From Bacteroidales bacterium (GTDB lineage: Bacteria > Bacteroidota > Bacteroidia > Bacteroidales > GCA-2748055): a stretch of DNA of 64,000 nt. Below the pieces are notes generated by a model. The model was not told where the DNA came from. It saw nothing but the letters and a program-made list of their open reading frames with translations, and did not search any database. Both the position numbers and the translations under genes were made by a program. Below are positions 55,524 through 64,000 of this stretch, in pieces. Where the stretch lies: assembly GCA_038316435.1 (NCBI GenBank), contig JBBQAQ010000002.1, positions 22,808-86,807 on the forward strand. The letters are read 5' to 3'. The first letter of the stretch is position 1. Every line of letters begins with the position of its first letter.

Positions 55524-57860
55524 CTAATTTTCCAACATCGACAAGCCTTCAGTAAGTTTTTCAAGCTCACTGGCCATTGAAATAAACTGAGTAGCGTTCA
55601 TCTCTTTTATAAATACAAGGCCGTGTGTAGCCCTGATTAATGGGTGATCGTTTTCGTAAAAGAAATTTTTACCCAGCAATAATTGTATCTGTTTAAGTTG
55701 CTTTACCCAAATTCTTCGGGTTAGTTCACTGAATTTTCCATCATATTCATAACTTGGAAATGAAGCGTTTACCTGCGACATATAACTTTCTGAGAATGAT
55801 GTTTCCAAAATATCAAGCGCATTAAGCGATACCGGCACTATAATCTCTGCTTCGGCTGGATGAAACTTATACCACACGTTTCTGTATCCTAAAATCCTAA
55901 GTTTTGAAATATCATGTTCTTTTTGCCATTCTTTTACTGCACCAGCAATTGCCTGTAGCACTTTATAATGAGTGTCTGGGCCACTTCCTTCCGGATCCAA
56001 AGCGAGACTAATCACCGTTGGTTTGTACTTTCTGAATTCTTCTAAAATTGGAAGGATATCACGCTCTTTTTGAGGATTTTCGGTAAAAAGATCTCCTTTG
56101 TAAAATCCTAATCGTAAATGATGTACATTTTTCACCGGAACGCCAAAATGAGCCCATACCAGTTCTTCTTCAAACTCCCTGAGCATTCCTTTGAGTTTCT
56201 GAATTTCGGGGGAGTTTTTGCCGCCATCATAACTTTCTTCGAGCTCAAGGATAATGGACTTCAACATTACAAGCAATTCTTCCTTACTCTTTACCCCATA
56301 AATTCCAACCACTGCCCGTATAAGCCTGTGGCATAAACCGCGCATTTTCTCAAAACTATTTCGTTCCGCTACGTTATCAAGAAAATGGTACACGTCTTTG
56401 TCAAACTTAAGCGAATAACCAAGATCAAAGAAATCAGGATATTTTATCATCTGAATCTTCCCAATATCAATTAGTCGGAGCGATTCCTTAAGAATTTCAA
56501 ATACAAAACCATTGGTAACTGCCGTAAAACCCGAGGTTAACACTGAAAAATGTATTTCATTACTCGCAGAACGAACCTGCCGGTTTGTGTAGGGCATGAG
56601 TCCCAACATAATATCATCGTGATGCGGACCAGTGTGATAAATTACCTGATTTTCATCCTTTATCATCCCGCGGGATAATTTCGCTTTGATGGAATCAATA
56701 ACTGAGGGAACCGTTTTTTCATTTAAAGCGGGAATCATAGAGCAGAAAATATCCGCCTTTAAGTCCTCAACACTCAAATGATGACCATATTTATCGATCT
56801 TCTGACATAAGTCAATAACCGAGCGTTCTGTTTTTTCGTGGCTCCACGACCCCTTTTTGTAATACTGTAAAAGACTGTCATTCAGCCTTGAAGCAGCACC
56901 TGTGGTAAGATAAAACCGGCTGTTAGGCAAGCGTTGTAAAACTGTGGCTGGATAAACAGTATCCATTTCACTTTCCAGTGAATGCTTAACAATTTCGGCT
57001 TTGGCCTCCCCTGCTGCAAAAATTAAAGCAACTGCCTCAGGATTATAGGTAATGGTTTCAAGACCAATTGTAATAACAAGGCGACTGCGGGAAACTTCAA
57101 TCCCTCCTAGATCGCCTGCTGCCACAGCCTGAGTCTCGAAATTCGTTCCCGTGAGCCGGGTTGTTGAATAGAGATCGGATCCCCTGGTGTTGAAAGCAAT
57201 GTGCCCGTCAGGTCCAATACCTCCCAGAAAAAATCCTATTCCGCCCTTTTCTCGAATCTTATGTTCGTAGGCTGAACACCAGTTGTCGATTAGGAAAATT
57301 GAATCCTGCTGCACCTTTTCCTTTTGCGATTTTGCTTCGCGGAAACGTAGCGATAAATCTATCTGATAATCAGGAAAAACTTCAAGGAAATGCCTATTGC
57401 CAGCCAGAGGAATATCCTCTGAATTAATTAATAATGCTTTTGATGCGTCAAGTCCAAATCCCTCGATATAAAAATTCTTTACATAATTATAGAAACTGTT
57501 GTGCTGCAGTGGATTAATGGGGTAGAATTCATCGATTTGCACGAATTGCAATTGACTAAGATCAGGGCGTTTTATACCTCCTAAACCAAATTTTTCACGA
57601 ATTGCGCCTGCCTCCTTATCATTCCAACCTGAAAGCAACGATTGTGTGAATTTGATAAAATATTCAGGCGTTTTTCCGGTTGGCAGACTAATCACTCCAT
57701 CAAGATTTTCAGAAACCCATTCCAGAAAACGAAGAGCTGTAAAAAATCCAAGTTTTGGGAAATCGCTGACAGTTATGTACGGGATTTTCGTTGTCATTTC
57801 TACAATACCCGATTTGCTTAGAAAAACCTGCTCAACTTTGGAACCTAATCTATTTTGCAT
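55524..57860 (-). CDS. Glucosamine-6-phosphate deaminase/isomerase domain fused to a PIG-L/LmbE-like domain (long Bacteroidota NagB type)
   Basis: N-terminal NagB motifs (SLPTGKTPEYF, GGIGPDGHIAFN). Mid-protein PIG-L-like motif (YHTGPHHDDIMLG). An alternative start at 57797 (MTTKIPY) is likely. Confidence 0.8.
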   Translation of the reverse strand: MQNRLGSKVEQVFLSKSGIVEMTTKIPYITVSDFPKLGFFTALRFLEWVSENLDGVISLPTGKTPEYFIKFTQSLLSGWNDKEAGAIREKFGLGGIKRPDLSQLQFVQIDEFYPINPLQHNSFYNYVKNFYIEGFGLDASKALLINSEDIPLAGNRHFLEVFPDYQIDLSLRFREAKSQKEKVQQDSIFLIDNWCSAYEHKIREKGGIGFFLGGIGPDGHIAFNTRGSDLYSTTRLTGTNFETQAVAAGDLGGIEVSRSRLVITIGLETITYNPEAVALIFAAGEAKAEIVKHSLESEMDTVYPATVLQRLPNSRFYLTTGAASRLNDSLLQYYKKGSWSHEKTERSVIDLCQKIDKYGHHLSVEDLKADIFCSMIPALNEKTVPSVIDSIKAKLSRGMIKDENQVIYHTGPHHDDIMLGLMPYTNRQVRSASNEIHFSVLTSGFTAVTNGFVFEILKESLRLIDIGKIQMIKYPDFFDLGYSLKFDKDVYHFLDNVAERNSFEKMRGLCHRLIRAVVGIYGVKSKEELLVMLKSIILELEESYDGGKNSPEIQKLKGMLREFEEELVWAHFGVPVKNVHHLRLGFYKGDLFTENPQKERDILPILEEFRKYKPTVISLALDPEGSGPDTHYKVLQAIAGAVKEWQKEHDISKLRILGYRNVWYKFHPAEAEIIVPVSLNALDILETSFSESYMSQVNASFPSYEYDGKFSELTRRIWVKQLKQIQLLLGKNFFYENDHPLIRATHGLVFIKEMNATQFISMASELEKLTEGLSMLEN

Positions 57861-57893
57861 TGTGTTAAAATTATCTAAGAGATATTAATAAAC

Positions 57894-59006
57894 TTATTTT
57901 CTTAATTTACTCTGTATATCAAATACACTGTTTTTCATCTCTTCGTAATTCTTTTCCATCTCCAGCAACAGAGCATATTGAGCCCTTGATCGCTGCATAT
58001 TATGCTCCGGGTTAGCAATTCTGTAATACTTGTTCCCATCCAGATAATCCATTAAAAACCGCAATAGCTGTTCAAAGGTTATATATTTTGCTGATAAAGC
58101 AAGGTTTGCAATCTCCGTTTCATTCAGAAAGGCTGAAGCCTCTTCCAAATAACCTTTTGTGAAAGCATGAAAAAACTCCATATTCATTTTTACATTGTCG
58201 GTATTCACATCATCTTCATCACCTGAATTGGTGTAGGAGCGTATTGCGTCGCCGTAATCATATAAAATACTGCCGTAAAGAACTGTGTCAAGGTCGATTA
58301 GACATAAAACTCCCCCCTCCTTATCAAACAGAATATTGAGAAGCTTTGCATCATTATGTGCAACCCGAATAGGGATTTTTCCATTTTCAAAAAGTTGACG
58401 AAAATTCATCATCTCTTCTCTTCTGCTCTCAATCCAGTCTATTTCACGACCAAACTTAGCTTTTCGTGAACTGGAAATACTATCAATTACTTTATCCCAT
58501 TGTTCATACCTGAAACGCATGTTGTGATAGCCAGGCAGAATATCTGTCAGTGGTTCTGTGAAGTCTGATAATAATTTATGAAACTCTCCTGTTCCGCGTC
58601 CACCCTCCATTGCCATTGCACTGTTAAGTGGGTTATTGTATGTGGTGGAGTCTTTAATGTAAAGACACATTGCCCAGTATTCACCCTCCTCATCAATAAA
58701 ATAGAGTTCATTGGTGATTGTTGGAATCAAGGTCAGACTGTTTCTCAAAGGGTCTAATCCGCAACTTTCAATTTTAAATTTTATATGATTGCACACACGG
58801 GAAATATTCATCATCATAGAAGGAACATCCCTGAAAACATTTTTGTTTTTATGTTGAAGTAAATAATCATTTGTGTCAGTGCCAGCCGTTTTCACAAAAT
58901 AGGTTTCATGGATATTGCCTTCGCCAAAGAGGGAGATAGATTCAATTACCCCTTCAATTTTAAAGTGCGCAGCAGGAATAGAAGGATTGACAGGCATTAA
59001 ATTCAA
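57894..59006 (-). CDS. APH-fold sugar kinase (N-acetylhexosamine 1-kinase-like)
   Basis: Nucleotide-binding GEGNIHETYFV. Catalytic loop HNDAKLLNILFD and LIDLD. Size and pattern resemble NahK/AmgK-type anomeric kinases. Confidence 0.7.
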   Translation of the reverse strand: MNLMPVNPSIPAAHFKIEGVIESISLFGEGNIHETYFVKTAGTDTNDYLLQHKNKNVFRDVPSMMMNISRVCNHIKFKIESCGLDPLRNSLTLIPTITNELYFIDEEGEYWAMCLYIKDSTTYNNPLNSAMAMEGGRGTGEFHKLLSDFTEPLTDILPGYHNMRFRYEQWDKVIDSISSSRKAKFGREIDWIESRREEMMNFRQLFENGKIPIRVAHNDAKLLNILFDKEGGVLCLIDLDTVLYGSILYDYGDAIRSYTNSGDEDDVNTDNVKMNMEFFHAFTKGYLEEASAFLNETEIANLALSAKYITFEQLLRFLMDYLDGNKYYRIANPEHNMQRSRAQYALLLEMEKNYEEMKNSVFDIQSKLRK

Positions 59007-59030
59007 ATTTAAAAATGTGTATTTAGAATT

Positions 59031-60317
59031 CTAATATTTTCTATTCCAACTAGTTAGTTTGTATCCCCAAATAGAATAATAAAGAATTATGAAGTAACAA
59101 GGTATCATTATAAGGTACGCCTGCTGAGATGAATAAATATCTGAAAATTTTCCCCAAATCAGTGGAAGAATAGCTCCTCCCGAAATAGCCATGATCAGTA
59201 AAGCTGAGCCTTTACTTATAAATGAGCCGAGATTATGCAGAGCAAGCGGCCAGATTGCCGGCCAAACTATAGCGTTTGCAAATCCAAAAAGAGCTACAAA
59301 AAACACTGAGTTTATGCCGGTTGTTAATAAAGCACCAATTGTAAAAATAATGCCGAGAACCGCCGAAATCATAAGAGCTTTGCGTTGATCAAGATATTTT
59401 GGAATAAGGATGATTCCAAGAATATATCCAACAACCATTGCAATCATTGTATAGGATGTAAATGCTTTGGCATCATCCATGGTAATTCCGATTGATAAAC
59501 CATATCGAATAATTGTATCTCCGGCAATAACTTCGGCACCTACATAAAAGAAAAGAGTTATAACACCTAATATCAGATGTGGAAATGCGAAAATACTCTT
59601 TTTGCTCTCTAAAAGACTTTCATTGACATCCGAATCCTGCTCTTTTTCAAGTTCCGGAAGGGGAGATAAACGAACGCCGATCCCCATAAACACGAGCACA
59701 ATTGTCATAAAAATATAAGGATTAATAACCCGGGTTGCAAGTGCATCAAGTGCCATAGCGCGGGCTATAACATCGAGACCTTCTAAGCTTTTTATAAAAG
59801 CATCTCCATCATTAAAAATATAGTACGCTAGTACAAGTGGAGCAATGGCACCGGCCATCTTGTTGCAAATACCAAGAATACTAATTCGTCTGGCTGCACT
59901 TTCCCTAGGTCCAATGATTGTAATGTAAGGATTTGATGCAGTCTGCAGAACGGCAAGTCCCGTTCCCATTACAAATAATGCCATCAGAAAAGCCCAATAT
60001 GTTCGTGTATAAGCAGCCGGAATGAACATGAGAGTTCCAATAGCAATTACAAACAGACCAATCATCATCCCGTTTTTAAGTCCAGTCCTCTCAAGAACCC
60101 ATGCAGAAGGCAATGCCATAACAGTGTAAGCGATATAAAATGCAAAGGCAACCAGTAAAGCTTCGAAATTTGTGAGCTCACAAGCTATTTTTAAATATGG
60201 AATCAAAATTCCGTTTAGCCATGTTACAAAGCCGAAAATAAAAAACAAAGCGGAAATAATAATCATTGGAAGCAGATAGCTTTTTTCTGACTTAAGCGGT
60301 GTGTGTGTTGATGTCAT
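59031..60317 (-). CDS. MFS sugar transporter (FucP/GluP, NagP-like)
   Basis: 428 aa with 12 TM segments. N-terminal FFIFGFVTWLNGILIPYLK is characteristic of glucose/galactose/fucose permeases. Confidence 0.9.
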   Translation of the reverse strand: MTSTHTPLKSEKSYLLPMIIISALFFIFGFVTWLNGILIPYLKIACELTNFEALLVAFAFYIAYTVMALPSAWVLERTGLKNGMMIGLFVIAIGTLMFIPAAYTRTYWAFLMALFVMGTGLAVLQTASNPYITIIGPRESAARRISILGICNKMAGAIAPLVLAYYIFNDGDAFIKSLEGLDVIARAMALDALATRVINPYIFMTIVLVFMGIGVRLSPLPELEKEQDSDVNESLLESKKSIFAFPHLILGVITLFFYVGAEVIAGDTIIRYGLSIGITMDDAKAFTSYTMIAMVVGYILGIILIPKYLDQRKALMISAVLGIIFTIGALLTTGINSVFFVALFGFANAIVWPAIWPLALHNLGSFISKGSALLIMAISGGAILPLIWGKFSDIYSSQQAYLIMIPCYFIILYYSIWGYKLTSWNRKY

Positions 60318-60482
60318 AATGGTAAATTCTGGTATTTACTAATATAATTAAATGAATCGTCAATGAAATTAAGGTTTTCGAAAGATAAGCACCTTTCAAA
60401 AAATTAAGAATTTAGTAAAATAAAATTCTTACATCAAATATAAGATTAATCTTGATTGAATATACTTTGGTATATATTTTGC

Positions 60483-60809
60483 ATGAAACTATTAAAACTC
60501 CCGAATCCGTTAGCTTTTTTGCAATTATTAGGGTTGGGTATTCAAACATTTTTAAGCATTTCACGTACACAAGCCAAAAATCGAGCGATGAGACCAAATA
60601 TAATATCATTCAACAACCTGATTGCAAGGATCAGTGAATGCAGGAAAAGGATGACCATAGTGCGAAGGGAGATTTTATTAAATGAGGAGACAGGCAAAAA
60701 CCCGGAACATCAGAAGAGAGAGCTTTTTAACCTGAGCAATCAGATAAGTATGTTACAAGAGCGATTGCAAAGTTTTCAGAATAAATCAAAACTTCAATCT
60801 TTCAGGTAA
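60483..60809 (+). CDS. Hypothetical 108-aa protein (weak call)
   Basis: ATG at 60483 (MKLLKLPNPLAFLQLL...). The C-terminal half is coiled-coil-like (ELFNLSNQISMLQERLQSFQNK). No family recognised and the sequence is AT-rich. Confidence 0.3.
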   Translation: MKLLKLPNPLAFLQLLGLGIQTFLSISRTQAKNRAMRPNIISFNNLIARISECRKRMTIVRREILLNEETGKNPEHQKRELFNLSNQISMLQERLQSFQNKSKLQSFR

Positions 60810-60886
60810 GTCTTACTGCTAACGGTCGATGCTATATGCAGAATTAAAGGGCTCGAATTCGACCACTTAACCACCAAACTTTCAGG

Positions 60887-60996
60887 GTTTAAACCCCTCA
60901 TCTTTAATGTGTCGAAAAACTAAAAATCAGCTTTTTTTAATAGTTTTTTTTGAAAAACACCAACTATTTTTGACATCAATACAGTTTTTTAATAAA
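60887..60996. repeat. Copy B of the ~110-bp dispersed repeat (partner at 20104-20212)
   Basis: See copy A. Contains the perfect palindrome GGGTTTAAACCC. The reading frame corresponding to the 74-aa ORF of copy A is broken here. It lies immediately 3' of the cyclase gene. Confidence 0.65.
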
Positions 60997-61000
60997 CGTA

Positions 61001-62416
61001 TCATCCCTCCAGATTATCCTCAGCAATTAAAGATTTTATCCTGTCGATTTGAATCTGCTTATTTACTTCCCTTAAGCTCCTTGCTGTTTTAGTGAAATAC
61101 TGATGAAGGGATATAAATTTTACCTGAAGTTTATTCCAGTCATTGAGAGTACCTATCTTATTTTGCTCTTTCAGCTCTTTGTAAAGTGTGTTTGAAACCG
61201 GGATCATATCGCTTCTCCCCAAATAATCAAGATCTGCGTCGCAAATGATTTCTTGTAACAGGTCTTTGGGCTGTGGTGGCATTTTAGTGGCCATAATAAT
61301 ATTGCAGATTCTATCTATCTGAGCTTGGGAATATCCGTAAGCCGGCAACATTTCGCGAACGAGCAATGTTCCTTCATGTTCATGACCGTCATAAATTACG
61401 GTGTGACCAGCATCATGAAACAATCCTGCCGTTTTTAAAAGTAGGATTTCCTCATCGGAACAATCTTCTGTCCAGCCGATTAGCTCCACTTCTGTAACAA
61501 CATCCACGGTATGTTTCACATTATGATAATACAGATAAGGTGGCAATTCATTCTCCAGTTTTTCCAGAATAATTTCCTGTAATTCTGTGAATTGCACCAA
61601 TTTAAACCGGGTATCAAATGCTGCATTTGGTGTAATTTTACTTTCGTTAAAGGAAAATTCTTCTCTTAGACCTTTAACTGAAAACATTTCAATATCGCCT
61701 TTATATTTCACTGGCATTTTACCGAAATAATCGCAGGTAAAAAGCTCCTTTACCAACTCGTAAGTCATTGCGCTAACAATAATGACTCCATCATTACTGT
61801 ATGTTTCCATTCGACTGGCGATATTTACCGTATCCCCTTTAATATCGTAATTAACTTTTTTCTTTCCTGAGAAAGTTGCGAAAACTGGCCCGGTATGTAT
61901 TCCAAGTTTTATTTCCCATACTTTTTCAGTTCTTCCCTGCTGTTCGGGAAAACTCTTGATAAAATTTTCAATTTCGAGAGCTGCCATCACAACCTGAATT
62001 GGGTTGGTCATATTTTTTACAGGAATACCACCGGCTGCCATGTAGCTGTCGCCGATAGTTTTTATTTTCTGGATGTTGTATTTCTTAAGAATGCGGTCGA
62101 ATTCGAATAAAATAATATCCAGTTCATCCATCAGCACTTGACTGTTCATTGTTTCCTGAATATTCGAAAAACCTATAATACTGGCGTACATTACCGTAAC
62201 AATATCAAATCTGGTTGCTACCGCACGATCCGTTGACCTAAGGCCAGCTTCAAGTTCAGAAGGTGAGAACTTTTCGAGCATGGTTTTTTGCTCATCATTT
62301 TCCATGGTAAGCTTTTCCAGACGTTTTTTCAGTTTCTCATTTTCTTCTGTCAGATCCTGATTATGTTTTGCCAGGTTACTAATCCTTTTGAGAAGATCTT
62401 TATTGCTTTGTGCCAT
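61001..62416 (-). CDS. Coiled coil, class III nucleotidyl cyclase and HD-domain fusion protein
   Basis: Cyclase motifs KIKTIGDSYMAAGG, GIHTGPV and YDIKGDTVNIASRME. HD domain YHNVKHTVDV...GLFHDAGH...DADLDYLG. Confidence 0.85.
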   Translation of the reverse strand: MAQSNKDLLKRISNLAKHNQDLTEENEKLKKRLEKLTMENDEQKTMLEKFSPSELEAGLRSTDRAVATRFDIVTVMYASIIGFSNIQETMNSQVLMDELDIILFEFDRILKKYNIQKIKTIGDSYMAAGGIPVKNMTNPIQVVMAALEIENFIKSFPEQQGRTEKVWEIKLGIHTGPVFATFSGKKKVNYDIKGDTVNIASRMETYSNDGVIIVSAMTYELVKELFTCDYFGKMPVKYKGDIEMFSVKGLREEFSFNESKITPNAAFDTRFKLVQFTELQEIILEKLENELPPYLYYHNVKHTVDVVTEVELIGWTEDCSDEEILLLKTAGLFHDAGHTVIYDGHEHEGTLLVREMLPAYGYSQAQIDRICNIIMATKMPPQPKDLLQEIICDADLDYLGRSDMIPVSNTLYKELKEQNKIGTLNDWNKLQVKFISLHQYFTKTARSLREVNKQIQIDRIKSLIAEDNLEG

Positions 62417-62572
62417 TCAATAAGAGGGTTCAGTCATTTGCTAAAGTAATCTGTTTACCTGAATTTTTCAAAAAAACATTTCATAGTTTGATAAATATCT
62501 AAATTTTTATAAAATCTAAATCAAATGTATTTTAACTATCAACTAGTATAACTGAATGTCTTTATAAAATGT

Positions 62573-62580
62573 TATTTTTG
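62573..62580 (+). promoter_or_regulatory. TAnnTTTG -7 promoter motif upstream of the EEP gene
   Basis: TATTTTTG lies 22 nt before the ATG at 62602. Confidence 0.4.
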
Positions 62581-62601
62581 GAGTACTAAAAAATCACCAT
62601 T

Positions 62602-63636
62602 ATGCGATTAAAACAAATTGTTCTGCTACTACTGATTATACTAGTTTTTCCCATTGTTCAGGGTTTCTCCCAGGACAAACCATTTATACTTATGTCCTAC
62701 AATGTTGAAAATTTGTTTGACACTTTAGATACTCCCGGAACTGATGATATAGAATTCACTCCGGCAAGCAAGAAGGTATGGAATACCGAAAAATACAATA
62801 AGAAGCTTGTTGATTTGTCAAAAGTTATCGCAGCCGTCGGGAAAGAATCTTTGCCTGATGTAGTTGGACTCCTAGAAGTTGAAAATCGCAAAGTGGTTGA
62901 AGATCTGATTAATACTCCCCTGCTAAAACCCGGTGGATACGGCATTGTACATGAGGAAAGTCCTGATGAAAGAGGAATTGATGTAGCACTTATTTATCGC
63001 AAAGATCGTTTTAAATATGAAGGTCACGTAAAGATTCCCGTTGTTTTTCCATTTGACTCTACTGAAAGAACAAGAGATATTCTTTATGTATATGGCAAAG
63101 CGCCGGATGGAATGGATATTCATTTTTTCGTAAATCACTGGAGTTCAAGAATTGGTGGGGAAAGAGAGACTGAACCTAAGCGAATGTACTGTGCAGTATC
63201 ATTAAGAAGGAATCTGGATTTGTTACTTTCCAGGGATTCTAAAGCAAGAATTGTTATTATGGGGGATTTTAATGATGAGCCCAGTAACAGAAGCATTATG
63301 AGCGTTTTGCAGGCTTCCAATAAGAGAAAAAACATATCCGTTGGTGAGTTTTACAATTTAATGTACGATACTCATAATCTGACTCCCGAAGGCTCATATT
63401 TCTACCGTGGCAACTGGAATATGCTTGATAATATTATAGTTTCCCATTCACTTTTAAATACTGGCTCAGGATATGGTTGCAAATATGATTCAGGGAAAAT
63501 TTTAAAAGAAGACTGGATGCTTTTTAAAGCAAAAAACGGCGAGGTATCACCAAACCGAACATACGGTGGAGATAATTATTTCGGGGGAATTAGCGATCAT
63601 TTACCTGTTTATGTAATTCTTGAAAATGTAAAGTAA
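62602..63636 (+). CDS. Secreted endonuclease/exonuclease/phosphatase (EEP) family protein
   Basis: Signal peptide. SYNVENLFD, LLEVEN, GDFNDEP and SDHLPVY motifs. Confidence 0.85.
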   Translation: MRLKQIVLLLLIILVFPIVQGFSQDKPFILMSYNVENLFDTLDTPGTDDIEFTPASKKVWNTEKYNKKLVDLSKVIAAVGKESLPDVVGLLEVENRKVVEDLINTPLLKPGGYGIVHEESPDERGIDVALIYRKDRFKYEGHVKIPVVFPFDSTERTRDILYVYGKAPDGMDIHFFVNHWSSRIGGERETEPKRMYCAVSLRRNLDLLLSRDSKARIVIMGDFNDEPSNRSIMSVLQASNKRKNISVGEFYNLMYDTHNLTPEGSYFYRGNWNMLDNIIVSHSLLNTGSGYGCKYDSGKILKEDWMLFKAKNGEVSPNRTYGGDNYFGGISDHLPVYVILENVK

Positions 63637-63681
63637 TTTGTAAACTTTAATCAAAAAACGAAGTCTTTTTAACGCTTTCAA

Positions 63682-64000
63682 ATGGATTTTAAAATAACCT
63701 CCAACTATAAACCAACCGGTGATCAGCCTGAAGCTATCAAGCAACTTGTTGAAGGTGTTAATGCAGGAACTGAAAACCAGGTTTTGCTCGGGGTTACAGG
63801 TTCTGGAAAGACTTTTACCATTGCAAACCTGATCGAAAGGGTAAACCGGCCTACACTAATTCTAAGTCATAATAAAACTCTGGCCGCCCAGTTATATGGT
63901 GAGTTTAAGGAGTTTTTTCCGGATAACGCTGTTGAATATTTTGTTTCATATTACGATTACTATCAACCTGAGGCATACCTTCCGGTTACGGATACCTATA
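63682..64000 (+). CDS. uvrB: Excinuclease ABC subunit B, N-terminal ~106 aa (continues past the window)
   Basis: Hand translation: [25 protein letters not shown]...[18 protein letters not shown]...[18 protein letters not shown]...[10 protein letters not shown]. Canonical UvrB N-terminus with Walker A. Confidence 0.95.
   Translation, partial: MDFKITSNYKPTGDQPEAIKQLVEGVNAGTENQVLLGVTGSGKTFTIANLIERVNRPTLILSHNKTLAAQLYGEFKEFFPDNAVEYFVSYYDYYQPEAYLPVTDTY

Noticed and set aside
60811-60886. tRNA-like fragment or att site (GGTCGAATTCGAGCCC, palindrome TCGAATTCGA) next to repeat copy B.
   Set aside because: There is no proper T-loop (TTCGAAT/TTCGATT), no acceptor or anticodon arms, and no integrase nearby. 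The resemblance is superficial.
1-64000. CRISPR arrays, rRNA or tRNA genes, IS elements, integrases, phage genes, and recognisable defence systems (restriction-modification, CBASS, retrons and similar).
   Set aside because: I looked for regularly spaced direct repeats, T-loop/anticodon architecture, DDE or tyrosine recombinase motifs and reverse transcriptase motifs, and found none. The cyclase-HD protein stands alone without an effector partner, so I do not call it a defence system.

Overview
AT-rich Bacteroidota chromosomal segment. The assignment rests on SusC/SusD, T9SS and gliding gene content, lipoprotein-rich ORFs and TAnnTTTG-type promoter motifs. I support about 50 real CDS. I saw no rRNA, tRNA, CRISPR array, transposase or integrase.

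- **1-20 kb:** tail of a TonB-dependent receptor with a partner lipoprotein, ychF, secreted M14 and S8 peptidases, and an alkaline-phosphatase-family enzyme. A minus-strand mutY-ssb-gldE-gldD run continues without gaps into a 4'-phosphopantetheinyl transferase and a GGGP-synthase/PcrB homologue. HU, a 29-codon bS22-like gene missing from the ORF track, RNase G and DsbD follow.
- **20-31 kb:** an ECF sigma/anti-sigma module with beta-solenoid and small beta-barrel proteins, lnt, LysE, and an OlsF-like bifunctional acyltransferase translationally coupled to an M19 dipeptidase.
- **31.0-49.4 kb:** one minus-strand polysaccharide utilisation locus, in transcription order ECF sigma, FecR-like anti-sigma, SusC with STN domain, SusD, beta-helix protein, PKD/CBM lipoprotein, GH63-like enzyme, an unassignable lipoprotein, GH3 with PA14, and a PKD-fused clan GH-A enzyme. 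I cannot name the substrate.
- **50-64 kb:** two soluble PAS/GAF histidine kinases, an amino-sugar operon (MFS, NahK-like kinase, NagB fused to a PIG-L-like domain), a class III cyclase-HD fusion, an EEP nuclease and the 5' end of uvrB.

Non-genic signals worth follow-up:
- a compact multi-hairpin, switch-like RNA candidate at 49.57-49.76 kb;
- a MITE-like palindromic element present as two direct copies bracketing the last PUL gene, next to a RelE/ParE toxin remnant;
- a roughly 110-bp repeat shared between 20.1 kb and 60.9 kb.

I cannot point to one clearly novel multi-gene system. All family calls are motif recognition by eye; nothing was searched.
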